Virus record (IMG/VR): IMGVR_UViG_3300045988_181891
Reading direction: 5' to 3' (one strand)
Length of the DNA stretch: 44,845 nucleotides
Source: a virus
Taxonomy: Duplodnaviria; Heunggongvirae; Uroviricota; Caudoviricetes
Shown here: positions 27,890 through 37,194 of the stretch, piece by piece
How the letters are laid out: each line of letters begins with the position of its first letter
How positions within the stretch are numbered: position 1 is the stretch's first letter
Program-made: the position numbers and the translations under genes
Notes under the pieces: model-generated
The model's database searches: none
What the model was told of the DNA's origin: nothing
The model's input: the letters and a program-made list of their open reading frames with translations, nothing else

Positions 27890-28021
27890 CGAAGAATAAT
27901 TGGAACCGCCAAAAAAAAAGCGAGAAATTTTGAAATAAATGACTTTTTTATGTTTTAGAGCATAAAACAAGGGGGTGAGGAACGAAAAAGCCCCGGATGC
28001 TCACGCACCCGAGGCTGACAG

Positions 28022-28414
28022 TTATTTTTGGAAATAAACTTTTAAAGGGATTGAATTCTCCACATTGCCAATTTTGAAAGAGAACTGATAGTTGCCCTCT
28101 GCAGGGAACTGGAGGTCGGAGAACTCAAAGATGAAGTTGCTGAAGAGAAACTCATCTGAAGGGTGTGGCTCAATCTTGGAATTGATGGGCTGGCCAAGAA
28201 TCATCTTGCCAGTGCTCATCTCTGTAACCTCTGCCGAGAACTCTTGCTGAAGTTTGCTTTCCTCGCTGTTCATCTTAACTCTCGCTACCATGAAGAGGTT
28301 GTTCTTAGGCAGCGGTGCTTTTCTTACCACATAGTGGTCAAAAGTGCCCACGATGGTAAGTTTGCCGTCATTATCTTGTGCAAAGTCACACAATGCAAGA
28401 ATATCTATGTTCAT
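28022..28414 (-). CDS. Hypothetical protein, accessory cassette gene 3
   Basis: ATG at 28414; 130 aa; locally AT-rich. Confidence 0.5.
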   Translation of the reverse strand: MNIDILALCDFAQDNDGKLTIVGTFDHYVVRKAPLPKNNLFMVARVKMNSEESKLQQEFSAEVTEMSTGKMILGQPINSKIEPHPSDEFLFSNFIFEFSDLQFPAEGNYQFSFKIGNVENSIPLKVYFQK

Positions 28415-28851
28415 TTTATATGTCCTTTAATGTTAGACTCGATAGCCGAGTGTTTGAAAAGTTTTTTATAATTGTCGAATGAATATTTGAGTTTGCTCAC
28501 CGTGCGCTTGTTTGTGCTCACTAGGTTGGCTCCATGTCTGCCAGAGATGCCTTCCTTGGTATTGAACTTCAGAGAATTTCTTTTGGAGTCAACCCAAAGC
28601 CTGATGGCATCGCCTTGTATCTTGTCACCCACATTGCCATGGACGTTGAGATCTTCTCGTATTTTCTTGTCCTCTTCGTTGAGCTCAAGAGCTTCGGTGA
28701 TTTCTACGGAACTATTTCGGTCTAGTTCGTATAATGTCATCTTTTTGCCCGTGATAGGTTCCTCTTTGAGTCCCTTCCACTCAGCCCTTCTGGCAATGAC
28801 ATCAGCTTTTTTGCCCTCTATGATTTCACCTTCTTTGATATATATAGCCAT
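28411..28851 (-). CDS. Hypothetical protein, accessory cassette gene 2
   Basis: ATG at 28851; 146 aa; 4-nt start/stop overlap with the downstream gene. Confidence 0.5.
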   Translation of the reverse strand: MAIYIKEGEIIEGKKADVIARRAEWKGLKEEPITGKKMTLYELDRNSSVEITEALELNEEDKKIREDLNVHGNVGDKIQGDAIRLWVDSKRNSLKFNTKEGISGRHGANLVSTNKRTVSKLKYSFDNYKKLFKHSAIESNIKGHIK

Positions 28852-29279
28852 TATTGGATACTTTTTTGCATTGATTTTTCACTGAAAGAGAATACCTCAG
28901 CCATATCATCAGGCGAGGTGATGCTCATGAGCGATGGGCTGACCTCAAGAGCCACCTCAATGTCTTCAATGGAAGCATCTTTATCTTGTTTGATGATGTA
29001 CTTATCCTCATGCTCTTCAATCTCTTTATCAAACTCTTCTTCGGTAATATTGCCGTCAAGCATTTCGCAATATAGTTTGAAGTAGTTGCGCTCACGTGTG
29101 CGGTTGTTAACGGCACGAGTCATCAACTCCTTGAGTCTGTCGGCAGTACTAATGTTGAAAAAGTTAGCCTTATTGGTAACACCAGCGAATGCAACCTTGC
29201 CAGTACCTTTGTCTTGTATAGCCACAACAGGGCTGCCATCAGTTTGGTATGTTGTATATATAGTCGTTGTATTGCTCAT
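28851..29279 (-). CDS. Hypothetical protein, accessory cassette gene 1
   Basis: ATG at 29279, 31 nt downstream of a promoter box; 142 aa. Confidence 0.5.
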   Translation of the reverse strand: MSNTTTIYTTYQTDGSPVVAIQDKGTGKVAFAGVTNKANFFNISTADRLKELMTRAVNNRTRERNYFKLYCEMLDGNITEEEFDKEIEEHEDKYIIKQDKDASIEDIEVALEVSPSLMSITSPDDMAEVFSFSEKSMQKSIQ

Positions 29280-29309
29280 AATTCACATCCTGTTTATATT
29301 AACACGGTG

Positions 29310-29317
29310 CAAAGATA
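29310..29317 (-). promoter_or_regulatory. -7 promoter box TAtcTTTG (minus strand) for the three-gene accessory cassette
   Basis: Plus strand reads caaagata. Confidence 0.45.
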
Positions 29318-29439
29318 CGGTTATTTTTTGTAAATCGCAAATTTAATGATAAATTTAACAACAAAAATTGCAATAAAGATTGGAAAATGGTATATAAAGA
29401 ATGCTCGACCGCTTTTTGGCTCTTGCCAGACGCTTTCGC

Positions 29440-29488
29440 CGCAGGCGAAAATTTTTGGAAAATGAGGGGGAAGGTTTTAGCCTTCCCC
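29440..29488 (-). terminator. Terminator-like hairpin downstream of the RadC gene
   Basis: 8-bp stem GGGGAAGG / CCTTCCCC with 6-nt loop (29467..29488), followed on the minus strand by a T-rich tract; a second small hairpin lies at about 29436..29451. Confidence 0.35.
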
Positions 29489-29507
29489 TTACCTTATTAT
29501 ATATATA

Positions 29508-30191
29508 TTATAGCTTTCCTTTGTCGTGGTAGCTGTAGAAGCCATCCTCAGCCAAGATGATATGGTCCATCAAGAAAAGTCTCATCACCTCGCACGCCTT
29601 GGCTATCTTCTGCGTGAGCATATCGTCCGCCTTGCTCGGCTGCGTGCTGTTCGATGGGTGGTTGTGTGCCACGGCGATGATGGTTGCATTGTTGAGCACG
29701 GCTTCTTTCATTATCAGTCGAACGTCCACCGCTGTCTCGGTGATGCCTCCCTCGCTGAGCTTGGTGCACTTTATCAGCCTAAAGTTTTGGTTCATCAGCA
29801 CTACCCAAAAGCCCTCTGTCTCATTGCAGCCTATCATTGGGCGAAGATAGTTGTAGAGTGCCAGGCTGCTGCCTAGGTCGGTGTTTCTCGCTACCTTTTC
29901 CATTTGGTAGCGTCTGCCTAGCTCGATGGCTGCCTGTAGGGCTATCGCCTTGCAGTCTCCAATTCCTGGTACCACTTCCAGGTCTTCTATTCTCGCCTTG
30001 CCGATGTTGCGAAGCGAGTTGCCCATGATGTTATAAATCTGTCGTGCCTGCTCTTGGCTGTCCTTGGTACCTGCCCCTCTGTTGATTACCAAAGAAATCA
30101 AGTCAACGTTGGTAAGGGTGTCGAAACCTTGGTTATAGGCTCTGTACTGCGGTCTCTCCTCCATACAAAGATTGTTATAATTTTGTCTCAT
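29508..30191 (-). CDS. radC: RadC-like JAB/MPN domain protein
   Basis: Signature AHNHPSNSTQPSKADDMLTQ (HNHPSG..PS..D motif) and N-terminal helix-hairpin-helix segment VPGIGDCKAIALQAAIELGRR. Confidence 0.75.
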   Translation of the reverse strand: MRQNYNNLCMEERPQYRAYNQGFDTLTNVDLISLVINRGAGTKDSQEQARQIYNIMGNSLRNIGKARIEDLEVVPGIGDCKAIALQAAIELGRRYQMEKVARNTDLGSSLALYNYLRPMIGCNETEGFWVVLMNQNFRLIKCTKLSEGGITETAVDVRLIMKEAVLNNATIIAVAHNHPSNSTQPSKADDMLTQKIAKACEVMRLFLMDHIILAEDGFYSYHDKGKL

Positions 30192-30206
30192 ATCTTTTGT
30201 TATTTG

Positions 30207-30731
30207 TTAGTTATACATTCTCTTTGTTCTCGCTAGGAACATCGCTCCCATCACTTGTGCGCCACATTCGGCTAGCTCGTTGGCGAACTCTCGGGCGGTC
30301 GCTCCGCTCGTCACCACGTCGTCGAAGATGATGACTTTCTTTCCGCTGAAGTACTCTCTATCGAGTGCCACTCTGTAGTCGAAGCTCTCACACACTCTGT
30401 CTGTGCTGAAGTGCTTGGCTGTGCGCTCTCCATAGATGGAAATGTGCTCGTTTCCGTTCTGTACCTTTGCGCCTTGGCTCACCTTTTGGGCGAAGCGAGA
30501 AAAGCGCTTGGTGTACTTCTTTGAGTTGGCTGCTGGAGCGCAAACCATCACGAAGTCGCTGGCTTTGTCGCCATAGGTGTTGACGAAAGAGCTGACCACC
30601 ATATCGGCAGCTGCGTCTGTCGCCCACTGCTTTCCATCCTTGAAGGCAAAGATGAAGTTTCTCACTTGCTCTGCTTGTGCTGAGCGGTCGAAACGCTTGG
30701 AGCTGTACTCGTAATAATTGAAAGTTTTCAT
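30207..30731 (-). CDS. Phosphoribosyltransferase-domain protein (ComF-like PRTase)
   Basis: PRPP-binding motif KKVIIFDDVVTSGATAREFANEL near the C-terminus; ATG at 30731. Confidence 0.6.
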   Translation of the reverse strand: MKTFNYYEYSSKRFDRSAQAEQVRNFIFAFKDGKQWATDAAADMVVSSFVNTYGDKASDFVMVCAPAANSKKYTKRFSRFAQKVSQGAKVQNGNEHISIYGERTAKHFSTDRVCESFDYRVALDREYFSGKKVIIFDDVVTSGATAREFANELAECGAQVMGAMFLARTKRMYN

Positions 30732-30779
30732 ACGCTTAAAATTTTTATTCTAGCCAGAGGGAGGAAGGAGCTTTTTTAT

Positions 30780-31629
30780 TTGAACTCGTCTTTGCCTGCC
30801 CGTCTGAGAGTTTTTTTTATTCTGTCCGTCGGTCGTTTTTGTCGCTTTTTACGGTGCGATGCAGACGAGCGGAGAAGAGGTATGAAAGCCAAGGAATTTT
30901 GCAAAAAGTTTATGGAAAACCGTCATCTCTGATTGCGGAAGGCTGCCGAAAAGTTTTTGGAAAATAGATTTATCGGTACTTGGTGCATGCCGTCCGCCGT
31001 ACCTTTGCACCCGAAAAAGAGATAATGACCGATGGATAACCGATAAAGGGAAAAGCTCTCGGACAGGAAAAGCGGGCAAAGAAAAGGCTCTGCCTTACCT
31101 TGGTGGTTAAGCCTTAGCGACGTTTGAGCGCCATCACGGTCACTACCGCTTGAAAATTCGCAAATTTTAACCATAGCGTATGAAATGAAAGATGGAAAAT
31201 TTGCGTCATCAAAAACACCATGTTTTTCAGACTTTAGGAGGAAAAACATACCTTGGAGCGATGAAATCGCAGCATTTGGCATGCTTCGACCCCGAGGTTG
31301 AAGATGCCGAATGTGTCGTTTTGCGACAGGTTTTCCACACCCACGGATTGGAAAACCCCGATTTTATCGTGGTTTTAGGGATTCAAAGGGAAAATAATTC
31401 CCCTTTGTCGGCGATAGCACCCCCCACCGCCCTACGCCCGAGCGCGCCTTCCGCCCCCTTGGAAAAGACGGAATATGTAAAAGACCGTTAACGTTTTTGT
31501 AGGAATGTAAAAAGCCAAAAGGCACGAAAAAAGGGAACACGCTTCGCAGCGCACTCCCCTTATCGGCGGTCAAGCAAGAATGCCAGCCACCTAACTTATA
31601 TAAGAATCGTACTATCTAAAGAAATCAAA
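30780..31629. other. 850-bp ORF-poor region between the terminase and accessory genes; candidate non-coding RNA or packaging-related cis element
   Basis: No convincing ORF on either strand; plus-strand promoter box at 31000; C-rich tract around 31420..31465; a 7-bp stem hairpin around 31390..31415. Confidence 0.3.
31000..31007 (+). promoter_or_regulatory. Plus-strand -7 promoter box TAccTTTG inside an otherwise minus-strand region
   Basis: The 12-mer GTACCTTTGCAC is identical to the one in the host tRNA promoter (1173..1184). Confidence 0.35.
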
Positions 31630-33231
31630 CTATAGCATGGAACCCGTGGCGATGTAGCCATCAGCCTGAGGGTATTTCTCCATGCCAATCATGAGCGTGT
31701 CGTAGGCATCGGAGCCATCGGTGCGAGCCTCCAACTTATCCTCCTCGGTCTCAGCCAGCTTCTCGCCTCGCTTATCCTTCTTGCCGTTGTAGACCCCGGC
31801 CAGGCGGATGGAGATGAGCAGGTCTTCGTTGTTCTCGCTGTTGATCATCGAGCGATGCTCAGCCTTGCCGAGGAACATGCGGTTGAGCAGAAGCATCTTT
31901 TCGAGATGTCCCATCGGGTTGCCCAGATAGACCTCGTTGACATACCAGCCATGGTCGGTGAGGTAGTCGGTGATGAAGGTATGGAAGTCATCGTTCATCA
32001 GGGCGTAGTTGTTGCCCACGAAGGTGGAGTCGTAGTAGAAGTTGACCTCTTTGCACCGATGGTACTCATAGTACTGCATGAACTTGTCGAGCAGGGCTGG
32101 CAGCTTCTCCTCATACTTCACGAAGATGCTCTTGAGGCAGCGTGCCTCGCCCCGCAGGTTGTCTTGTCCGACGGCTATCCAGTTGATGAGGGCGTTGGCA
32201 TCGAAGGCGATGCAGAGCGGACGGTCGGGGTCAACGTCGGCATCCATTCTGGAATCTACATGCTTGAGCTTGTCGATGTCGTAGCCCAAGCCATCGAGGT
32301 AGGCGAGGTTGGGCGCCGTGTATAGGTTGGCATCCCTGAGGTTGGAGTAGAAGCCATCGAGCGAGATGGAAGGTCGCTTGCACATGATGGAGGTCTGGAA
32401 GGTGAGGGCAGGGAGGTCTCGCTTCATCTGCTTGATGAACTCCATGCCGAGCACCTCGATGTTATAGACCGATGAGTACTCTTTATAGAAGAGTGCCTTG
32501 GAGCGCAGTTGCGCCAGGAGCTGACCAATCTCTCGGAGTCGGCGCTGGGCATAGCCTGAGACATGGCCCGAGGTCTTGATGCGGTTGCGTATGTCATACT
32601 CCTCTACCACGAGCGAGGCGATGGCGTCGATGAGCAGCTGGTCGCAGTCTTTCTTGTAGTTGAGGAACCAGGAGCCCTTCTTGGTCACGGGCATATCAGA
32701 GGTGATGAGCATGCCATGGTGGTAGTAGTGCTGGCCGAAGAGGTTGACGTTGCCTCGATTGGCAGGGAAGGTCTCGTCTTTGAGCTGTTCGAAGTTGATG
32801 AACTTCGCCTCGTCGATGTCGAGGTAGTCGAGCGAGAGGGAGTTGGAGGTACCCTTGCGGTCTTGCGAGATGATGGTACCGATGGAGCCGTTATAGAAAG
32901 AGATGGTGTTCTCCCAGTTGCTGGGCGGTATGACCGGGTCGGGCCATCCCAGTTTTTTGGGAGGCTTGACCCCGATGAGATAATGCTTGCCCCGGTGGAA
33001 GCCCCATCGCTCCCAGTGCTGAAGCATCGACGGTATGGTGTTGGTGAGGCATCGCTTGGTGTTGGCGGATACGAAGCCGCCGTTGCTGCCAGGCATGCGC
33101 TGCATGTTGCGCAGGTTGAAGGTGGCGTGGAGAATGCTCTTGCCGATGCCTCGACCGCCCACGACCACGTTGTCGCGGGCGGAGATGAGGTTGACCTCCA
33201 TCTGGGCTGGGTTGAGATATTGATCTATCAT
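31630..33231 (-). CDS. Terminase large subunit
   Basis: Walker A VVGGRGIGKS, Walker B-like LDYLDIDEA, C-terminal acidic nuclease-type region; start/stop overlap with the upstream small gene. Confidence 0.8.
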   Translation of the reverse strand: MIDQYLNPAQMEVNLISARDNVVVGGRGIGKSILHATFNLRNMQRMPGSNGGFVSANTKRCLTNTIPSMLQHWERWGFHRGKHYLIGVKPPKKLGWPDPVIPPSNWENTISFYNGSIGTIISQDRKGTSNSLSLDYLDIDEAKFINFEQLKDETFPANRGNVNLFGQHYYHHGMLITSDMPVTKKGSWFLNYKKDCDQLLIDAIASLVVEEYDIRNRIKTSGHVSGYAQRRLREIGQLLAQLRSKALFYKEYSSVYNIEVLGMEFIKQMKRDLPALTFQTSIMCKRPSISLDGFYSNLRDANLYTAPNLAYLDGLGYDIDKLKHVDSRMDADVDPDRPLCIAFDANALINWIAVGQDNLRGEARCLKSIFVKYEEKLPALLDKFMQYYEYHRCKEVNFYYDSTFVGNNYALMNDDFHTFITDYLTDHGWYVNEVYLGNPMGHLEKMLLLNRMFLGKAEHRSMINSENNEDLLISIRLAGVYNGKKDKRGEKLAETEEDKLEARTDGSDAYDTLMIGMEKYPQADGYIATGSML

Positions 33232-33857
33232 AGTGCTTTGTCCTCCTTGACTTCTTCTGTAGGTGTATATTCCAAGAGCTGTTCGTCGTAGTCCTCGGCC
33301 TCGATCTTGACGAGATCCATGGAGTTGTCGGTGTATTTCTTGACGAGCTTCTTGATGGTCTGCATCACGTTAGGGATGCGCTTGAGACCCAAGTGTCGTG
33401 GGTCGGTGGTAGGGATGAAGACCTGAGGCTGAATCTGGTCGTAGCCGTTGTCGGTAGGATCCTCTTTGTCGAGCAGGTGATATTTGCCGTATGCAGCTGC
33501 GGCGGCAGCCATGGCTCGGGCATCGCCCATGGAGTCGGCCTTGTCGTAGGTGCGCTGTATCATCTGGTCGAAGCGATAGCGGGCGAAGTCTTTTGACACT
33601 TTTTGCAGGTTGCCCAATATGAGCTTGATGAGGTGCAGGTCGTTGTAAGCCATCATGCGCTGCACCTTGTAGTCGTGCATATCTTTATAGACCAGCTCTT
33701 GGTCGCTCTTGCGAGGGTTGATGAGCCACCAGGCATAGAGGGCACGGATGCGCAAAATGCGGTCGCGCACTGGGGCGGGCACATTTTGCGCATCCATCTC
33801 TTCGGGTGTGCGGTCCATCAGTTCGATGATGGCATCGATGTTGGCGGGTTCTCTCAT
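33228..33857 (-). CDS. Putative terminase small subunit (by position)
   Basis: 209-aa gene whose stop overlaps the TerL start (ATGA); no diagnostic motif. Confidence 0.4.
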   Translation of the reverse strand: MREPANIDAIIELMDRTPEEMDAQNVPAPVRDRILRIRALYAWWLINPRKSDQELVYKDMHDYKVQRMMAYNDLHLIKLILGNLQKVSKDFARYRFDQMIQRTYDKADSMGDARAMAAAAAAYGKYHLLDKEDPTDNGYDQIQPQVFIPTTDPRHLGLKRIPNVMQTIKKLVKKYTDNSMDLVKIEAEDYDEQLLEYTPTEEVKEDKAL

Positions 33858-34135
33858 ATTCTAATCTCCTCTAACATTTGGTTCAGATATTCGTGTGTGC
33901 GCTGCACCGCCTGTGGCGAGCCAGCCGCAGCCAGGTCTAGCTCGTTTTTGCGTATCTGCTGGCGCACCGTCGCCATGCCCAAGTAATAGACACGGTGAAG
34001 CTCGGAGTCGGGCTTCAGTATCTCGTCACGCAGATCGTCCTCGCTAATATCCAAAAGGACGGACATCTCGGATATCGGAGTCAACGTCTCCGCGAAGTCT
34101 TGCACTTTTTTGAGTAATTCCTGAGAAATTTCCAT
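33854..34135 (-). CDS. Hypothetical small protein, translationally coupled to the putative small terminase
   Basis: ATG at 34135; stop overlaps the next start; overlaps the upstream gene by about 90 nt, so the true start may be internal. Confidence 0.4.
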   Translation of the reverse strand: MEISQELLKKVQDFAETLTPISEMSVLLDISEDDLRDEILKPDSELHRVYYLGMATVRQQIRKNELDLAAAGSPQAVQRTHEYLNQMLEEIRI

Positions 34136-34619
34136 TGATTCTTAAGCTTTGAGTGTCACAATGAAGGGTATATCCGCCGAAGAGGTCGGCGAAGACCTGC
34201 GGGTCGGTGGTGATGATGGTTGACTCGTCACGGCTGCCGTAGGTCTGGTTTTGCGAGGTGACGACCGACACGACGTGCTGGTCGTTGCGGAAGAGTGTCA
34301 CCTTGGAGTGGTTTTGCCCCAGGAACACATCGTCGAAGCAGGTCTGCATCATGCGCCACAGCTGCACGGTCTTTTTGCTCGCCTTGACATCGAGCAGCAT
34401 CGTTGCTGACAGGATGCTGCCCGACTGGCGCATCAGGCGGAAGCCTCGCAGGAACTCCTCGGAGGTGGAGTAGGAAGACACCCACACATCTGCAGGGCCT
34501 ATCTGGGAGAGAATCCACTTGATGAGACCGAGGGTGTGGAGGTGCCGCCCGAAGTAGGCTTGCGTCTGGGCATCGGCGATAGGACGGAGCAGGTCACTGA
34601 CCTTGACCTTGGTCGGCAT
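34044..34619 (-). CDS. Hypothetical protein
   Basis: ATG at 34619; 191 aa. Confidence 0.5.
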   Translation of the reverse strand: MPTKVKVSDLLRPIADAQTQAYFGRHLHTLGLIKWILSQIGPADVWVSSYSTSEEFLRGFRLMRQSGSILSATMLLDVKASKKTVQLWRMMQTCFDDVFLGQNHSKVTLFRNDQHVVSVVTSQNQTYGSRDESTIITTDPQVFADLFGGYTLHCDTQSLRINGNFSGITQKSARLRGDVDSDIRDVRPFGY

Positions 34620-35337
34620 TGGCGGCTAGCTTAGCCTTGGCTACACGGTCACGGTCGGCATTGGTAACCTGGTATGAGTCGTAGGTGAGCATGTCGGCAC
34701 GATAGCGCTTGTCGAGGTCGGAGAGTATCTTGAGAAGCTCGTATCGGTCGCATGGCTCAAGGCGCTCCATCGTCTTGAGCGTCTCGAAGGTCGATTTAAT
34801 CTGCTTGTATCGCTTGGCGTTGGCATCCCAGAGAGCGGCAACCTCGGCAGGAAGGAACTCATGGTCGCTGCGCTTGCCCTTGCGGATGACCGCCACGCCA
34901 TCGCTCTCGGAGGAAGGCAGCTCGGCATCATCGGTCGAGCCATCATCGTCGATGGAATCGGCATTTTTTGCGATTTCATTGCCATTTTCGTCGGTTTCAT
35001 CGGTCTTTTTGGTCGTTTTCTCGGTCGTATCGGTCGTTTCTTCGGTCGTTGCCACAGGTACGCCCTCACTGATGATGGCTTGCGCCTCTGGTATGACGAT
35101 GGCATCCATCTGCTTGACCTCTTCGATGGTCATGCCATCGAGACGAATCTTCAGGAACTTATTCAGCTCATACTCGATGTTGGTGCGATAAACCTGTGGC
35201 TGTCGGGTGGCACGGAAATGGTAGAAGCGATTGCGGTTGAGACGGAAGAGCATGTCTGCGCCCTTGATGATGTCAGCGTCGCTCTCGTGCTTGGCATTGA
35301 GCCACGCCTGTATCTGTTTGGTGAATTGATGATCCAT
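34594..35337 (-). CDS. Hypothetical acidic protein
   Basis: Start placed at ATG 35337 (MDHQFTKQ...) just downstream of the terminator at 35353..35397; the ORF-track N-terminus reads through the terminator. Confidence 0.45.
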   Translation of the reverse strand: MDHQFTKQIQAWLNAKHESDADIIKGADMLFRLNRNRFYHFRATRQPQVYRTNIEYELNKFLKIRLDGMTIEEVKQMDAIVIPEAQAIISEGVPVATTEETTDTTEKTTKKTDETDENGNEIAKNADSIDDDGSTDDAELPSSESDGVAVIRKGKRSDHEFLPAEVAALWDANAKRYKQIKSTFETLKTMERLEPCDRYELLKILSDLDKRYRADMLTYDSYQVTNADRDRVAKAKLAANADQGQGQ

Positions 35338-35352
35338 ATATAAGAATGTTTT

Positions 35353-35397
35353 TGATGAAAAGAACAAAGGTGGCTCAGGCACGAAGCGAGAGCCACC
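35353..35397 (-). terminator. Rho-independent terminator (minus strand)
   Basis: 8-bp stem GGTGGCTC / GAGCCACC with 13-nt loop, followed on the minus strand by TTTGTTCTTTTCATC. Confidence 0.45.
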
Positions 35398-35453
35398 TAA
35401 GCTTTGAAGTTTAAACCGTATGTAGTTATGCAAAAATTTGGGCAAATGAACGT

Positions 35454-36050
35454 TTATGCCGCCTCCCATACAGAGCCATCGGAACCCTTGATGTCTCCGG
35501 ACTCAGTCTCGATCTTGCCAGGATAGAACGGTGTAGGGCAGAAGTCTGTCGCCTCGGTGTTGACGGTCGTGGTGCAAGCATCGGTCACGCCGCTGCCTGA
35601 TGCCTGGCTGACGGTAATCTTAGGTGCGAATGCCTCGCAGCCGATGAGACGGGCACGACCCTTGCGGTCTTGCACCATCATGATGAGCTCGTCGTTGATA
35701 GCCATGGTAGCGAAGCCACTGATGTCCTCGTCGGTACCACCCACCACGAACTCGCCTTTGTTGAGGAACGTAGCGGAAGGTGCCTCGCCCTGAGTCTCTG
35801 CAGTAAAATTGCTCTTGGCATCTACGAGGTCGAGACTGTGCCACTTGGCATCGCTCGCCAAGGTGAAGTCGCCTGTATATTGAGCCAGCTTAGCTGGGTC
35901 TGTGGTCTCGTCAGTTGCCGCTGGCAATGTTGGCCAAGTCAGAATCTGACTCTTCAAGATGAAGAAAACACGAGGGCGAACGCCTGGGGCTATGCGAGCC
36001 CCAGGACATTTCTTAACTGATTTATATAAATCTTTTGTATTACAAGCCAT
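35454..36050 (-). CDS. Hypothetical structural protein following the capsid gene (decoration or head-tail candidate)
   Basis: ATG at 36050; 198 aa; followed by a terminator. Confidence 0.5.
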   Translation of the reverse strand: MACNTKDLYKSVKKCPGARIAPGVRPRVFFILKSQILTWPTLPAATDETTDPAKLAQYTGDFTLASDAKWHSLDLVDAKSNFTAETQGEAPSATFLNKGEFVVGGTDEDISGFATMAINDELIMMVQDRKGRARLIGCEAFAPKITVSQASGSGVTDACTTTVNTEATDFCPTPFYPGKIETESGDIKGSDGSVWEAA

Positions 36051-36083
36051 AATTTTATCTCCTATATATAATAAGGTGAAACT

Positions 36084-37193
36084 TTACTCCTTGCCCTCAG
36101 CTCCGGTATCGTCTGCAGAAGAATTCTTCTGCTCTGCATCGCTAGCTGTGTTGCTGCTTGCAGGATCAGCACCTGAACCCTTTGTGATGAGCGATGTGGT
36201 ACCATCGTTTGTGATGAACAGGGCTCGTTCTTTATTGATGCTCTCGTACTGGCAACCTAAGAACTTGGTGGCGATGAAGTCGAGCTTCCAAGGGTGGTAC
36301 TTTTCTACGCTGATCTTCTCCTCGTCGCTGTTGTTTGCCTCGTTGACACCCACGAGCATATTGTTGCGAGTGGTGAGCTGGAAGAACGGAGCGTTCTTCT
36401 TGTTGATGAGTGGTACCATCTCAACGTTGTCGAAACCCTCGACGGTGTTGTGGTTGTAACCGGTATTGTATGGCACATTGCCAAACTTATTGAGGTAGTT
36501 GCGGTTGTAGAGATTGATGAACGCCTGTGGAACGTAGAGATAAAGCTTCTCTTCGCCAATCAGTTCTTCGTCAGCCTCCTCGCAAATGGCCTGTGCGAAG
36601 TCAACGGCGTTATCGCTGCTGATATTCTTACCACTGCCCAAAATATCTGAAACTTTGATGAGGTTGCCGAGGTCTCGAGACAGCTTGCCATTAGTCAACT
36701 CAGTCTTGGCGATGGTATCGAAACCATTGAAGAGGTCTTTTGAGCCTTTGCCCTCGTCGTTGCGCACGGCATCGAAGAGGTGGAGGTTGAGGTTCTTGCC
36801 CAGCTTGAGCGCCAAGAGCTGCAGCACCTGAAGGGTGATTGGCACGTTCTTAAGCGCTTCGCCATTCATGGCGTTGGCCCCCCAAATGGTGGAATAAACT
36901 GAGTTCGGGGAGAACTTGATGTCAACGTTGCCGAGGAACACCTGCAAAGTGCGAGGTGTAATCTTTACGCCACCATCGCCCACGCGGTTCTCGTCGTATG
37001 GACCAAACTCTGCGTTGCCGAGCAACTCGCCCACGGTCTCTGAAACTCTGATGCCCGGGCGCAGGGTCATGTACTTGAGTGACTGAGCCAAGCCTTTGGT
37101 AGGCATCGTAATCAACTTCGAACGGTAAGTTTTCGCAGTGTTCTGCAGCTGTACATCGACATCTACAGGCACAATGAATTTATTATCTGCCAT
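36084..37193 (-). CDS. Putative major capsid protein (by position after the prohead protease)
   Basis: 369 aa from ATG at 37193 (ORF-track start 37202 is TTG); directly follows the ClpP-type protease gene and is followed by a terminator. Confidence 0.5.
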   Translation of the reverse strand: MADNKFIVPVDVDVQLQNTAKTYRSKLITMPTKGLAQSLKYMTLRPGIRVSETVGELLGNAEFGPYDENRVGDGGVKITPRTLQVFLGNVDIKFSPNSVYSTIWGANAMNGEALKNVPITLQVLQLLALKLGKNLNLHLFDAVRNDEGKGSKDLFNGFDTIAKTELTNGKLSRDLGNLIKVSDILGSGKNISSDNAVDFAQAICEEADEELIGEEKLYLYVPQAFINLYNRNYLNKFGNVPYNTGYNHNTVEGFDNVEMVPLINKKNAPFFQLTTRNNMLVGVNEANNSDEEKISVEKYHPWKLDFIATKFLGCQYESINKERALFITNDGTTSLITKGSGADPASSNTASDAEQKNSSADDTGAEGKE

Positions 37194-37194
37194 A

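Noticed and set aside
31192-31491. 99-aa plus-strand ORF in the 850-bp ORF-poor region
   Set aside because: It has no adjacent start-proximal promoter and an odd composition, and is opposite to all neighbouring genes; it is kept only as a possibility under the ORF-poor-region finding.
33854-34135. 92-nt overlap between genes 34044..34619 and 33854..34135
   Set aside because: Not treated as evidence of a frameshift or fusion; more likely the downstream gene starts at an internal ATG (about 34066) or the overlap is genuine, which cannot be resolved from sequence alone.
34044-34619. Phospholipase-D/HKD nuclease motif in HSKVTLFRNDQH
   Set aside because: Spacing does not fit HxK(x)4D (the Asp is at +9, with Arg at +7) and the GSxN element is only approximated by TSQN; too weak to call without a profile search.
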